Positions 25,358-38,785 of a stretch of DNA of 64,000 nt are shown here, piece by piece. The translations under genes were made by a program, and so were the position numbers. The DNA lies in NCBI GenBank assembly GCA_004022145.1, contig RCNU01000019.1; one strand, written 5' to 3'. The notes under the pieces were generated by a model. It was not told the origin of the DNA. It saw only the letters and a program-made list of their open reading frames with translations, and ran no database searches. The DNA is from Paecilomyces variotii. Taxonomy: Eukaryota. Numbering within the stretch: position 1 is the stretch's first letter; each line of letters starts with the position of its first letter.

Positions 25358-26732
25358 GCTGGTGGTCTATGGTGTCGGTTGAATATAGGGTTCGAAAGAG
25401 AAAAGAAAAACGAGTCGCGATATCGCAAAGCACTGGTTGCGGCACCAGTTGTGAGTAACACCTCCCAGCAGTCCGTTCCAGAACCTGGTCAATGCAATCA
25501 AACAATAAATTGTCTTCAGTCCCGACCGTACGGGAACAGGACAGACGACACAGGCTCTGGCGGTGGTGTCTGCTGGAGCAAGTGCCAGTTCTTCTCTAAT
25601 TCAAATTGAAGACCGGGGAAATTTTTCGGTGGAGCCGGGATACTATCATCACGTGCTGATAGGCTGTATTACATAATATAACATTGTATGCCTGAGGCGG
25701 TAAGGCCATCGGCTCAGGCCAACGACGGCTAGCCAAGTCGCCCCCAGAGACCGGCGACAATGTCGTAGGAACAATCATCTATCGAATTATTGTCTAGCTA
25801 TATTAATTAGCGCCGTTGACCTCGGGCGTCTCGCCGTCTGCTAGATCTAGCGCCTGAGCCCGTCGCAGCGCCAGCGCCCGCAAGCCCCTCAGACCTCGAG
25901 AGGGATCAAACGCCCTTCTCTTTGGCCAGCCAGACGAGAAGTGCAGCTCACGGCCCAGGAAGAAGCCTACGGAGAACAACACTCGCGCTGCCATCCAGCA
26001 GGTTCTCACGGATTTGCAGAGGCTCTTCTGGAGAACTCCGGCTACTACCAACTGTTACGCGCCCGTTGCACGGGTGAAGAAAAGAAAAGAAACAGAAAAG
26101 AAAGAATTCATATTCGCTGAGCAGCTGAAGCCAGCCAGGATCAGGATCACACAGAGACGGCCGAAAGTCCAACCCCCCGGGAGAAGCTAAGCGCTCTCCC
26201 CTCCAGGACGGCGCAAGTCGTCGGTCATGTGTGCACATAGATCGCAGTGTTCAGTTTCATCGCAGAACAGAAGAACGGTCAATTAGAAAGAGGGCCCGTC
26301 CAAGCAGAGCGGATGTCCGCTGGCGCTGGTCGCGAAACGTCTTGCAATCTCCGCCTATCTTGTTGCTGATCCTAGGTTTATTTTTCCATCCATTATTTCT
26401 ACGCCGCCTTTTTTCCTCGTCCTCAGCCCGCTTCACCTCCAGGCTGCCGTTTCTCGTCCGGTCTGCCTTTCTCTACGCACGTTCTGTACTTGTACATGCG
26501 GCGGTGGCCTCCATCGCCCTACCCCCGCTTGAAATAGCCTTAGATCCTCACCCTCTTTTCCAGCATCTGTGCACCAGCCCTTACCCCAAGCCCAGTCCAC
26601 CCGGGGTGTTACTGTTCTGATAGCGAGACCGGTTCGCGCACACAGACTTTTCTCCTTTCGCTTTTTCTTTTCTTGCTCCCTTCCACTGGCTTCTCGCGCG
26701 GTCTGCGTCAGACCGTCCGGACATCACTCATA

Positions 26733-27582
26733 ATGGCAGGAATCTTTCGGAGCATCTATGACTGGCTCCTGAGGATGTTTTGGTAAGTGGGCTTCCGTCG
26801 CGGCCCGTCCCCGCAGAAAGAAAGTTCGGCTTGCTGAGAACGCCGTTTTGGGGCCGACAGGGCGACAGAGATGGATGTGACCATGATAGGACTCCAGAAC
26901 GCCGGGAAATCCTCCCTGCTGCGAGTTCTGGCGGTGAGTTCTCGAGCGATCTGATCTGCGGAGTCCTCGAGCGAGACTAACGAAAAGCGCAACAGGGCGG
27001 CGAGTTCACGGTGGAGTATGTTTGCCTGCGTCTTCAATCTTCAGACCTAACTATAGTTCCTGTAGTTCCATTCCAACGATCGGTTTCAATACCAAACGAG
27101 TCCAAAAGGGTCATGTCACTCTGAAATGGTTGGTTTCTTCGACGCCTTGCGAGCACCCTCCATCTGACGGTTTCCTAGTTGGGATCTCGGTGGTCAACCA
27201 CGCTTTCGGCCAATGTGGGAACGATATTGCCGTGGAGTCAACGCCATCGTGTATGAACATTCTTTTCCGTACTGATCAAAACTCCCTGTGCTGACGGTCT
27301 CACAACAGATATATTGTCGACGCTGCCGACAAGGCCGCTTTGCCGGTCGCGACCGAAGAGCTGCATGAGCTCTTGAGCAAACCCAGTCTTGATGGCATCC
27401 CGCTGTTGGTTCTTGGAAACAAGTCTGATCTGCCGGACAAGCTGTCTGTCGACGAACTGATTGACGCCATGGATCTAAAATCGATCACTCATCGTGAGGT
27501 CAGCTGCTATGGAATCAGCGCCAAAGAGGAAACGAATCTCGACGCGGTCCTGCATTGGTTGATCGCCCGAGCGAACAGATGA
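26733..27582 (+). CDS. ARL8: ARF-like small GTPase Arl8
   Basis: [56 protein letters not shown]; five short introns. Confidence 0.94.
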
Positions 27583-29654
27583 GCTGGGAATCACGTGCGC
27601 GTATCAACACCGCGGCGGCCACAGGGGGAGCGTTGCCTCTTTGTTTGGGGCTGATGTCTCGTAGATGGCTCCGACCTTGTTTCTTTCCTGTATCTCTCTA
27701 TTTATGTCTGCTTCCGCCCCGGTTTTAATGACGTTGACGATCATGTTCAAAGACGCATGGGGTGGCAACAGCCCACCAGCGATGGTGGTCCACCTTTGGG
27801 TATGGCTCTCGGATTCACGGCAAACGTTTTCCTGTTTATTTCTGTTATTTGATCGCTCGTTTTGACCTTGTAAGCAAGTTAGCTTTTTTTTGTTTTCAGT
27901 CTTCTCCAGGCGAATGATTCGAAGAAGAGTGTTCGGGACAGATTGTAGGTTAGTATGACTGGCTCAGTCAGATAATGATCCAAGTCAGTATGTACGAGTT
28001 CGGGGCTTTTGACTGTTCAATTAGTAAAAGAAATCCTGGGGGACGTTGCTTTAAAACCAAGACGCGGTTGTTCTCATTACTATTATTATGAACCATTCAC
28101 GCATTCGTGCCGGGGCGCTGCTCGTATCAACCCAGGAGTTTTTTGCCGAAGGGAGCCCCCATCGGGAGACGATCGACAACGCGACCGGGCAGTATAGAAT
28201 AGTGTAGACCAGAATACTGCGCCAGGCTTCATCAGTACTTCAAGCAGGTGAGATATCACCGCCAAAGATCTGGATTGATAGAAAAAGGGAGCGACAACAG
28301 CGCCAGTTCTCAATATATACGGCTGAATCGCGAGCAACCATGAGGCCACACAGACCAAGTGATGCGTTGGCATTGCATATGGAAAGACGGGAACTAAGCC
28401 CTGCGTACCAGACTCTGGCCAGCACTGGCTGGTTGTTGCACACGCGATCCCTGGGGGGCCAGAACTCGGCCATTCGGGGCACTCTGCTTGCAGTCTGGGG
28501 CGATCACTCTCACCCGTGCTGTCTCTGTCGCGTTCGTCCATCTAGATGCTAGTCTAGAGTAATAATATGCGGTCATGAGCCCCTCCTGTTACGGCGCTGA
28601 GGACAGTTGTGGCTGGGCTTCATCCACCAAAAGCCTCCGCGGCAGAAGTGGAATTCCATGAGCCTTCCAGAGATGGGCTGGTGGGTGTGGCGGCAACCTT
28701 GGGGATCAGTGATCCTTGCATGCTACTAAAGCAGACGGTCTCGCGACGGTGTCTCGCGGGTATCCAGCAGGACTGGGGCCGTAAGAGACACACTGACCAG
28801 CATCGTGATATCATGTTGGCGACGGAACGTTCGGAGGGTTTCGAGCACGACCTGGGAGGGATGATATAATTAGACAGATGTTTCTCAGCGATGGATTGAC
28901 TAATTTCTCTGTACTTACACAGAGTGATGGATGGCCTTTGCACTCTTCACCAACCTGACCCGACAATACGAGGAGAGACAATGTGATTCTTTTAGAATAT
29001 CTGTGATCGTCCATTCCCCATTCCCCCATCGATAGTCAAAGCCTCAAAAGGCACTGTGGGCGCATAGTCTAGTACTTTAGAGTAGACCCAGCTGGAGCTT
29101 GCTAATCGACATACCATCGAGTAGCCCTTTCTCGGAACTGCTAGACCGAAAGTGAAAAGTGCGGTGTATCGCATATGATATGATACATAGTAGATCGAAA
29201 GGCCCCCAAACAATTAGTTATTTAATAATAATATTACCCAGACTTCGGTTCCTGGCAATAAGAATAACTTGGTTCCAACAAACAGATACGCGCGGAAGAG
29301 CAAACCGGATGTCGGGGGTGATTAATAAACTCCACGCATCCGGAAGTCAAAGGGCTGGGAAAGTCAGGCTCCGCCACAGTCAACGCCTCAGCCTTTAACT
29401 AATAATACCTTCACATTCCCTCGCTTGAGAGCGCAGCGCTTCTGAGAACAATCACTGTCGCCTGATCGATCGCCTGAATTGCGATTTCGATTCGTTGGTG
29501 GAGAGCGTGGGATCATCAGTTTTCCACCCTAGCTCTGGTGTCTTTATCTCTCTTTATCTCTCTCGCTTTTCAATCGACAACGCTTCTTCTGCCTTCTGCC
29601 TAGGCATCGTCGACGGCACCTCTGCTATTCCGTACAGCCTCACGAGCATCCACG

Positions 29655-30279
29655 ATGGGCGTCCTATTACCTCGTCAATATTATTGGTATGTTCCAGCCA
29701 CTGACCCTCCGATGGCGAATCTATTATCCTTCTCTTGGAGCAGATCGGAGCTAGAGATGATCACATCTTGCTAACGCATACACCTTCACAGTGACGGCGG
29801 TTTTTATGACAGCGGCAACTGCTCTTCACCGTGGTCGAACTGGGGCCGATGGGTTGTCCTCGCGGTCATCGTTGCGTTTGGTTTTATCGTCTTCTTCGTT
29901 ATCACGTATGTGTGACTCGATCCTTTGATGGTCTATATTTCCAGTAGACAGGAACTCATACTGACCCTCGCGTGACAGATGCGTCAACGCCCGTCGTCGC
30001 CGCAGACACGGACAGAATCCTCTACCAGGCACGGCATGGATGGCACCTCCTCCAGGGCCTCCTCCAGCACAGTATTATCCGGATCCAAACTATCCCCCGC
30101 CACCGCAGTATTCGCCGAACCCTCCACCTGCTCCGTCGTACTACGCACCTCCACCGCAACAGGGATACTTTGGTGGACAGCAGCAGAGTGGCATTGAGCT
30201 GCAACCGCCGCCGAATGTCTACCATGCTGGGGACCCGGTATATCCACCTCCTCCGGGACCTCCTCCGCCAAAGGAGTGA
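29655..30279 (+). CDS. Single-pass membrane protein with Pro/Tyr-rich tail (RCR-like)
   Basis: MGVLLPRQYY, WSNWGRWVVLAVIVAFGFIVFFVIT transmembrane segment, RRRRRHG, PPxY-rich tail ending PPPGPPPPKE; two introns. Confidence 0.78.
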
Positions 30280-31514
30280 AATTCCTGCAGTGGCCTGGCA
30301 TCTTTTGCAGATGAAAAAATGAAAACTATGAAAAATATCACGGTCGAGAGGATTTCGACCTGCACTCCTTCCAAAAACACCCATTTACGTTCACGACATT
30401 CCTTCTCCTATATATTATTACGAGTCCATGGCATACGGTCTGGCGGCATTCTGTCCTCTCAGCATATCTTCGGGTTCGGTCGGTGTTACATTTGAGGTTT
30501 GGCTTTATGATCAATTCGCGTTCTGTTTCAAATAAAAAGACTGCACATCTCCGGTTCATGTTCATAATCCTTCGATATCCATGAGTTAGGATCAATGTTT
30601 CTATCGTCGATCCCTTCTGGCTCCGTTTGATCACTTTTATTGTGTTTGTGTCTTGTGTCTAGGGAATCAAGTCTACGAAATCACATATCGCCAACGCCAC
30701 ATCTGCATACTTGGATTCATTGAGGTCCATGGCCCGTAAGAATATCCTCCAGCATGTATATATAATACAATCGACGACACTCGTCTCAACACTGAAGCGC
30801 TGTAACCCGCAAACTCACCGGACACCCACAACTCTCACCCACTGCAACCTTCCAGACAGACACCAGACTAGTCATCTCCTCTCCAAATTCAAACGCAAAC
30901 TTTTCTCCCATGGACGATCTCAATGCGATATGTATTACTCCAAGTCCAAATTCCCCACAGACCGCGCGCGCTTACTAGATCTTTGGCGCCAAAACGGACC
31001 CCGAGCGCCCAATTGCTGGAACTGGCTTGTGGGACAGAGAAGACCGGCAGAGTTAGCGATCAGCGAAAAAGGCAGAGTGGCGTTCCGTGTATGCATCGCG
31101 CCAGGACCGCTAGTTTAAATCATGGCGCGCCCAGAGAAGGAATAATGATGGATACGCTCTGAAAGGCGCGAATAATGTGGCTTGGCTTGAGCTTCTCATT
31201 GATTGATGCACGTAGAGTCTTCAACTTTCAAGCCATGGTTCGATTGCTAAGCCCAGTCGAAAAGCCACACAAGAAGAAAAAAATAAAGGGCGCGGGGATT
31301 AATCAATTGGCGTTTCGATCCCTATCGTATCTTAGTAGCGGTCACTAAGTAATTAGTAGTTGCTGATTGCGGCCCCAAAACCCTCGCCGAGGCAGAAGAG
31401 GGGAAATCTTCATTAGTTACCCCTGGCAAGAAAAGCAAGGTGAGCGATTTCACACGGCAGCTGGTCGTGATGATCTTCCTGCTTGACGTGACTTTTTCAA
31501 TTTCCCCCTTAGTA

Positions 31515-31533
31515 TCTCTCTCTCTCTCTCTCT
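31515..31533. repeat. (CT)n microsatellite
   Basis: ctctctctctctctctct tract. Confidence 0.8.
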
Positions 31534-32387
31534 TGTTCATGAATTGATTTTCCCGTCGTTGATGCGACTGTGTTGTTGCTGTTGTTATTCTTCACTCTCT
31601 CTTCGTATTTCTGATGCTGGAAGCCATTCCTCCCAGCTAACTGACTGACCCTCCTTTGCGAAACTGCTTGGCGACATTCCTGCGTTACAAACACCAAGGA
31701 GGCTGTGCTTCCCCGGAAAAAAAAAACACCATCAGCTCTCTTGAGAAAAGAGCTCGTGTTAGTCGTTCACTTACAACTCGCAATCATCTGCGTCGTCTTC
31801 GAACTTAACACAAGTGTTGCTGGCACTGCTGCGCCTTGTTTCTATTTGAAAGCTCTCATTTCCTTTCGATCTGGTACCATCTGAAACACAAGTCCCTTCA
31901 CCCGCGCGCGGGTTTGTTGACCTCTCCCTTCACAAGCCGAACTGCGCAATCAACCCTGGCTCTGCGTCTCCGTCTCTCTGTTTGGTTTTTTTTTTATTCT
32001 TTCCCCACGGCGCTTAATTCGTTATGAACCGATCCCGGTGATAGAGATACTAGCGATTCGTTCGATCGCAGGGAGATCTCAAAAGGTTCAAATCGGCGAT
32101 CTACTCAATTGGTACCCTATCGGCGTCGCGATCGGTGTGGATAGCTTCTACACAGCTCACATTTCCGGTGGAGATCTGCCCGATCATATCACATCTCGAT
32201 CGGTCCCGCTGAAGAGGAGGCCCAGCATAAGGGAAACAATACGCTGTAGAATTTGAGGAGTAGGATCTGCATTATTGCCTAGGGGTCGATTTAGAAGATC
32301 GAGCCGAAGCTTTTTTTTTTATTCGGGGTCATCTTGGCTTTAGGATCTTGGATTCAGGAACAGAAAGGTTACCGACTCTCCACAGTC

Positions 32388-33849
32388 ATGGGTCCGGTGG
32401 GCGCAATGCCGCTGCTGTTGGTGCGGAACATCGCGTCTGATGTTGAGAGCGCACCATCGACGTTTTCCAGTTGGGATAAGTGTATGCAAAAGGCTTATTG
32501 CAAGTATGTTCATGAGATCTCCCCAGACTATGTCCCGTTGTATTTTGACGTGTAATGGAAACTGACTGTTATCACCTAGATGGCCGGTCATTGTTGGTAT
32601 AGTTGTCGGTGCAGCGATTCTTATTGCTATAGCGTGGTGTCTGATTAGCTGTATATGCTGTGGTGTTAAGTGTTGTACGGGATGTCTGCGTTGCTGCAGT
32701 TGTTGTTGTCCATCAGGGGGAGGAGGTGGAGGGGGAGGAGGAGGAAAGAGATCGCAATATGCGGATGATCCTTCGTATCATCGACCTCCGCCGCCTCCAT
32801 CCCAGGGTTATCAGGCACCGGCTGCGCCTACTTATCGCGGTGCTCAAGCCGCTCCCAATGTCGCTCAATTCGCTACGTTTGAAACACCATCCAAGAAAGT
32901 GGACGATGATGCATTGCCTCCAATGCCCAGCTGGGAGACTGCGCTGACGCGGAAGATCGAGGACACCAGTCCTCAAGAGGATGTTGAGATGGACCAGCTC
33001 AGGCCGTCTACCCAACCAACTGATATGGTACATGGTCCGGGACGACAGGTCCCAGGAGGATATAACCAGGTTCCCTCACACCCGACGTCGCCTCAGCCTG
33101 GGTATCATCCCCCGCAGCGAGCAATGGAACAGGTCCAGCCATATCCGCCACAGCAATATCCCCAGCAGTCACGCTCTCCTGGGCCTGGCAGACCATATCC
33201 GCCGCAACAGTCGGGCTCTCCTGGACCTGGCAGGCCATATGGACCACCTCTGGATACGAGCGTCGGCGTAGCATATCCACCGCAGCAATCGCGCTCTCCT
33301 GGGCCTGGCAGGCCATACGGAACACCTGTGGATTCCTACATCCCCCAGCCCGAGCTCAGAGGGGACGCGCCTTACCAGAATCGGCGTCAGAGAGCTCCCA
33401 GTTTCCATCGTCCACAACCATATGGACAGAATATGTCGCCAGTCTCGCCGCCCAGAGCGCAGCCTCCATATGGAGGAATGCAGAGACGGCCAACATATGC
33501 ATCTGACACTGCGCCTCCATCCTATACTACTGAGCCACCACAGCAGGGCTTTGCTCCTGGTCCTGTTCCGCATGCGTTCACTCCTGAGCAGCGTCAGCCA
33601 TCTCTCCCCGTTGTTCAACAGGCACCTTACCAGAATACACCTTCTTATGCAACTGAGCAGCCCCAGCGGCAGCCCACCTACGCAACATATCAACAACCCC
33701 AACAAGCCTACGCCGCATACTCCCCACCTGCACCTTCATCACCGCCCCCGAATATCGGAATGGCCCATTCAGATGAAGAATATGACTCGGGCAGGCCCCC
33801 AAGTCTGCTCCAGGCGGGACCCAGACCTGGGGCCCAAACCCGCTATTAA
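32388..33849 (+). CDS. Fibroin-3-related single-pass membrane protein with Cys-rich juxtamembrane segment and Pro/Gln-rich tail
   Basis: TFSSWDKCMQKAYCKWPVIVGIVVG, CICCGVKCCTGCLRCCSCCC, DDDALPPMPSW; intron at about 32504-32579. Confidence 0.8.
33139..33318 (+). repeat. Coding repeats encoding YP(P)QQS(R/G)SPGPGRPY, three copies
   Basis: Three near-identical ctctcctgg(g/a)cctggcag(a/g)ccata units. Confidence 0.8.
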
Positions 33850-36150
33850 CGTGTGGAGAAATGTCTGAGCGAGAGAGCAACGAGTCTTGAACTATATATC
33901 CATGACGTGAAAAGGAACAAAACAAACACGAAACCGTCTTGATACCCTGCCCTTGAAGTGGAATCATCGCATGATGGCAAGATGCGTTTATACTCGATGC
34001 CCGTATGCGGTTCATATTTGGTGTTCTTTCTTTCCTGCTGACATTTGACATGTTTGCGTGCTTTTCTTCATCACGTTTTTCATCGCTTCAGTTCGATTCC
34101 CCCAACTTCGTCTTTGTCTTGGATTGGATTGACAATGGCTCATCTTTTCTTCTTCTTTTGGATCCATGGTCGGTCCCTCGTGACCTTTCTGCATCTGCAT
34201 CTGGGTCTCGCATCTTGGGTTACTTATTCATGTTGGGACTTATTGTCGGAGTCAGGGACTCGAAAACGTGAATTCCAGTGCACATACACCTTGGGAGCCC
34301 AGTTCTGGAGCTTTATCTTCTTCTGCACCATGAACTAACTTCTGCGTCTTACTACTACTACTTTTTCTCCGTGGAAGTCGAGGAAGCCTTTGAAGACGCC
34401 TTCTTCATCGTTGATTGATATCCAGTGCCTCTTTTTTGTCGATTCGCATCAGATGTGCGATTCGGCTTTTACGTATTTTGTTTCAGAAGGCATGATTGGG
34501 ACCTGGAAGATCCATGAATTGAATTGAATTAAAGATTCTCTGTTCTCTGCCTTGCTGCTTGTTCTCCAATGTAGGCACTCGTACATGGGGCAAAATACGA
34601 AACCCCATTCGGATGATCTGGTAGCGGACTAGTAGTTAACTTACCAGGCGCTGTCCTTGTAGCAGCTTTCTCAATATTTATCAGCATGGATCGAAATAAG
34701 AATTTCCGTTAGCGTTAGTTGAGTCCAGGGCGCATGTAGCTCTTCAACTCGGCAGATTGAATAGAAGACTGTCCTCATATGCCGCAGGAATACCCGAGTC
34801 TGATTCTTGCCTTGTTTTACTTATGGAAAAGGATCAGCGCCGAGCGGTAAATAGACGGAGATAGGAGATAACTTACTAACTAACCAGGGAAAATATACTG
34901 CTTGTATGGGGGTTGAAACAAGTCCATTTTTTATCGTATGTCATCGCCATAGCTATTTGGGTCTGGCTGAGTTGCGAAACTTGAGAGCACTATACAATGT
35001 CCCAAACTGGGAACTAGATGAAAGAAAGAATGGCTAACTGAATCGGATGACGACCATTCCATAATTTGAATGAATTCAGAATCTTCAGCTTTGGTGTTGT
35101 TTCGAAAATCACTCCCAGACATCCATTCGGAAACTAACAGTGCCGAAGTTGTTCAGAGGATCTCCTGTTTGAGATCAACAATCACCAGTTTCTGCCCGAA
35201 ACAACCATGGAACACCATGAATGGAAACACCACTTGCTGAATAATATGGTCAGAATCCGTGGTTTTATCCCCAATGGGGAAATGACTCTGGCATTTTGCT
35301 AACGAACTCGTCGCGCGACTTCGATAGGGTTGTGAAGAGCCTAGCCCGGATCGACAGTGAGACCAGCCGGTCCGGGCGAACTGGGACGAGCGCGATACAC
35401 CCGACGTCGCAGGAAAGTCTGGAATCACGTTTTAGCGAACCTCGACTCCTTCAGTGTTCTTATTCGAGAGTCCAGTCTGCCTGTTTCGCATGAATCGAGC
35501 TCGGTTGGCTCCATAGAATAGAGCTAACATGGTCCGTGATGGTTCCTGGCGTCTTCACTTTGCCTCATCTTTCAACCAGGAGGCTCTCCTATGCACACCA
35601 TACAGCTGCTAGGAGCCTCAATGCTATAGGAAAAGAGCATCGAATGATGAGAGGCTTTGGCGATTGGCCACTATAGAATATGACCGGCGCCAGAGTAGGC
35701 CGCATCATTGCCTCAGGTAGAGACGACCATGTCCTTGGAGTCAGTCCAAGCGCAGGGTCTCTGTCCCTTTACCAGTTTGAGTTGTATGTGAGGCTATTTA
35801 GCTTGCGGTCTTGGGGAAGCCCTATCTTGTATATAATGGCCGTGGGGTCTCGCTTTGATTTCTCTTGATCATCCTCCAGCAGGTTGACAGAGTCGCTTAT
35901 ACTTTCGTTTGTTTGCTTTTTTCGTCCGTTCTTTACCCAGTTATCGGCCACTCGTTGGACATTCTGTCTCCGTTGAAATCTGCCTACGAGCTCAGCAACA
36001 AGTATACTTGGGATATATTCACATCGTCTCAGAGCTGGTCTCTGATATCAATTTATTGTTCGGCCCTCTTTTCATTGTATATATATACACAACCTCACGA
36101 CGTGCTACGAACTGTTCTCCTACATACCGAAGAGAATTGTCAAAAACAAC

Positions 36151-37356
36151 ATGAAGTCTGTTCAGATTCTCGAGTTTCTCGCCTTCGCGGCCCTGTCTAC
36201 TGCTCGACCGCTGGATTCACGCCATATCAGCAACCTTGTGAACCGCGAGGTCCCACAGGAACACTCGCACGAAAAGATCCTTACTTCTGTTGCGAGTTCT
36301 TTGAACCTGAACAACCCTGCTGGCATTAAGGACCCTGTCTTTGCGCTGCTGGGAAACGCAGTATGTTTGACCCCCTTCTGGACTGAGAGTAGTAACATAT
36401 TGACAACTCGAGCTAGGCTGCTGCGGCCGGTGCTGGCTCCATCACTAATCTCGACTGCCTTCAGCAAGATGTCGCTGACCAGGCCTTCACCAACGCCAAG
36501 GCTGCTGGTGACGTCGATGGAATGACCAATGCTCTTATCTTCCGGACTCTCGAGAGAAACACTGGTTCCGTGGGTCTCAAGAGTGTCCTCTGCAACGAGA
36601 CTGCTACGAATCCTGAGATTGCTGCTCTCTCCCAGCATCAGGACCCTGCCTCCGATGGCGCCGCTGCTACGAATAAGCAGATTGCTTTGAATTTGGCTGT
36701 GCAGATTGCCTCGATTGGAGGTAACCCTCAACAGGCCATTGACAGTGGCACTTTTGCCCCTGGTCAGATCGGTGACCCTACTGCAGCCGGTAACACCTGT
36801 AAGTCACCATGGCAGCGATTTTTTTTTTTTCTCTTCTTCCCCAGATATTCTAACGCATACTCCAGGTGACGACCAGAATGACGCTCAAGGATGTATCTTC
36901 ACACAGGATCTCCTGGTGCCTGACGTTACGGCAGACGAGATCAATGCTGCTGTTTCATCCGCAAGCGCTGCTCCCGCGACAGCCACGGCTGCCACGACCG
37001 CTGCAGTAAACACAGCTACTTCTACTGCTACTGAAAATGTGGCTGCTGCTGTCCCTACAGGTACCGTGTCGGGTGATCTGGGCTCATGTGCTGGCGGCTC
37101 TCCGCTCATTGTCTTCGGACCTGGCTTCGATGGTCGTACGGAGGACTCCTTCGAGCCCGAAGATGAAGCTACTTTCAACCATGGCTCAGCAGATAACATC
37201 GCTATCATCGCTGACTTTATCTGCGGCCAACTGAGCAGCAAGTGCAAGGCTAGTCAGGATGTCGTTGACCAGTGCAATGCTGGTAAGACGGCTGCGACGG
37301 CCTCGGGTGTTTCTGGTCAGGCTGCTGCTGATGCGTTCAATTCTGCTTTTTCTTGA
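36151..37356 (+). CDS. Secreted Cys-containing fungal protein of unknown function
   Basis: Signal peptide MKSVQILEFLAFAALSTA, R|EVPQEHSH, LDCLQQ, ERNTGSVG, Ala/Thr-rich linker, C-terminal Cys domain; introns at about 36361-36416 and 36799-36865. Confidence 0.85.
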
Positions 37357-37786
37357 ATCTCCTTCAAAAGAGTAAGAGTCAAATTGGGTAAGGATCGGGC
37401 CGAAAGGAGGAAGGAATGAGTATCGAATGGCTTTTTTTGTTTTTCTTTTCATGACAACTTCTTAGTGAAATACAGTACATGTATGTATGATGGACACGAA
37501 TAAGAAACCATAAAGTTTCTGCCTTTGATAGCATTTCCCGCTGCTATTTCATGACTTCGTATAATGTCAATACCAAACAGGTAATAAAACTCCGTGAGAA
37601 CTGATGACTGGCCTAATCCCATAGATACCTTTGTGTGTTCCGTGAGGTCCTTCTTCCATAACTATTACCCAGTCGAGCAACAGTCAGTCTTGAATCCCAT
37701 CACTGACAGGCCCGTAACCATGATAGCAGACTATCTGCGCGAAAGATCATTCTGGACCCCACACAAAGCTTCGCGTAGCTCTCATA

Positions 37787-38095
37787 TCAAGCGATCTTCG
37801 TCATACCATCTCCCGCTACTTCCTTCACAGCTTCTATCTTCACCTGACCGACGACATCTTTCGACGGCGCAAGCTTAAGATCCGCTACAGCATTCTGCGT
37901 GGCTGACATTTGATAATATTCCAGATGACTCTGTACGTTGAGCCAAGCGTACGCCGCGGTGCTGGTGATTGGCGTGTTGCGACGGGGGCGAATGGTGCTC
38001 GAGGCGGAGTCCAGGATAGATATATTCTGGGCTGCCAGGGGCGAGGGTTCGGAATCTGGAGATCCCTGGGGAAGGGGATCGTTTGGTTCTGCCAT
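37787..38095 (-). CDS. Small hypothetical protein
   Basis: 102-aa ORF with favourable start context (ACAACATGG); no family recognised. Confidence 0.4.
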   Translation of the reverse strand: MAEPNDPLPQGSPDSEPSPLAAQNISILDSASSTIRPRRNTPITSTAAYAWLNVQSHLEYYQMSATQNAVADLKLAPSKDVVGQVKIEAVKEVAGDGMTKIA

Positions 38096-38785
38096 GTTGT
38101 AAAGTTTAGACTTGTGTCTGTCTGGTTTCTTTCTTCAGGTTGTGCTTGTTAGTTGGAAGTGGTCGAATATGAGGAATTGAATATGGGGTATACCGTTTGT
38201 TTCTTCTGAGTGGATAGGTAGGTACTTAAGAGGAATGTGTTTCCGGGATGAAGTAGAACTGCTCAGGACTCGGTACCAGGGATTAGCTTGACAAGATGAT
38301 GATCGAATGAAGAACAGGTAGACGAGAAGATAGGTATAAAATAATACTAGGGATTTTAACCTGGAAAGTTAGTTGGGAAGTGGTCACGCGAACCTCCAAG
38401 GTTCTTAACTTGACGTTTTGTGCTCAAATTACCAACACGACGATTGCGTGACAAAGGGGCTCACTTACACAAGAGACAACAATTCTGTTCCCGGAATGCA
38501 GCGGTAGGGAACCACCTTGCGATTGTCCCTCTCATGGTATTATTTCTATGGTTATTTCAATTCTGCTGCCTATCATAAATAGAGGCTTTACTGTAGATGG
38601 GGCGAGATTGTTGAATTGGTAGTAGAACGAGCAGAATGCATGACGTATTTTATGATGTTTTGATTCCTTTCTCATGCCGCTGTTTTGAAGCTCAGAGAGA
38701 CAAGGATATGAAAGACATAGATCTTCTATCAACACCAAATGAATATAGTACTATACATGATCAAGGCAATGAACTGGGTCCTGGT

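Noticed and set aside
35130-35305. Exon-like stretch after a CTAAC...CAG acceptor
   Set aside because: No coherent upstream exon or recognisable domain.
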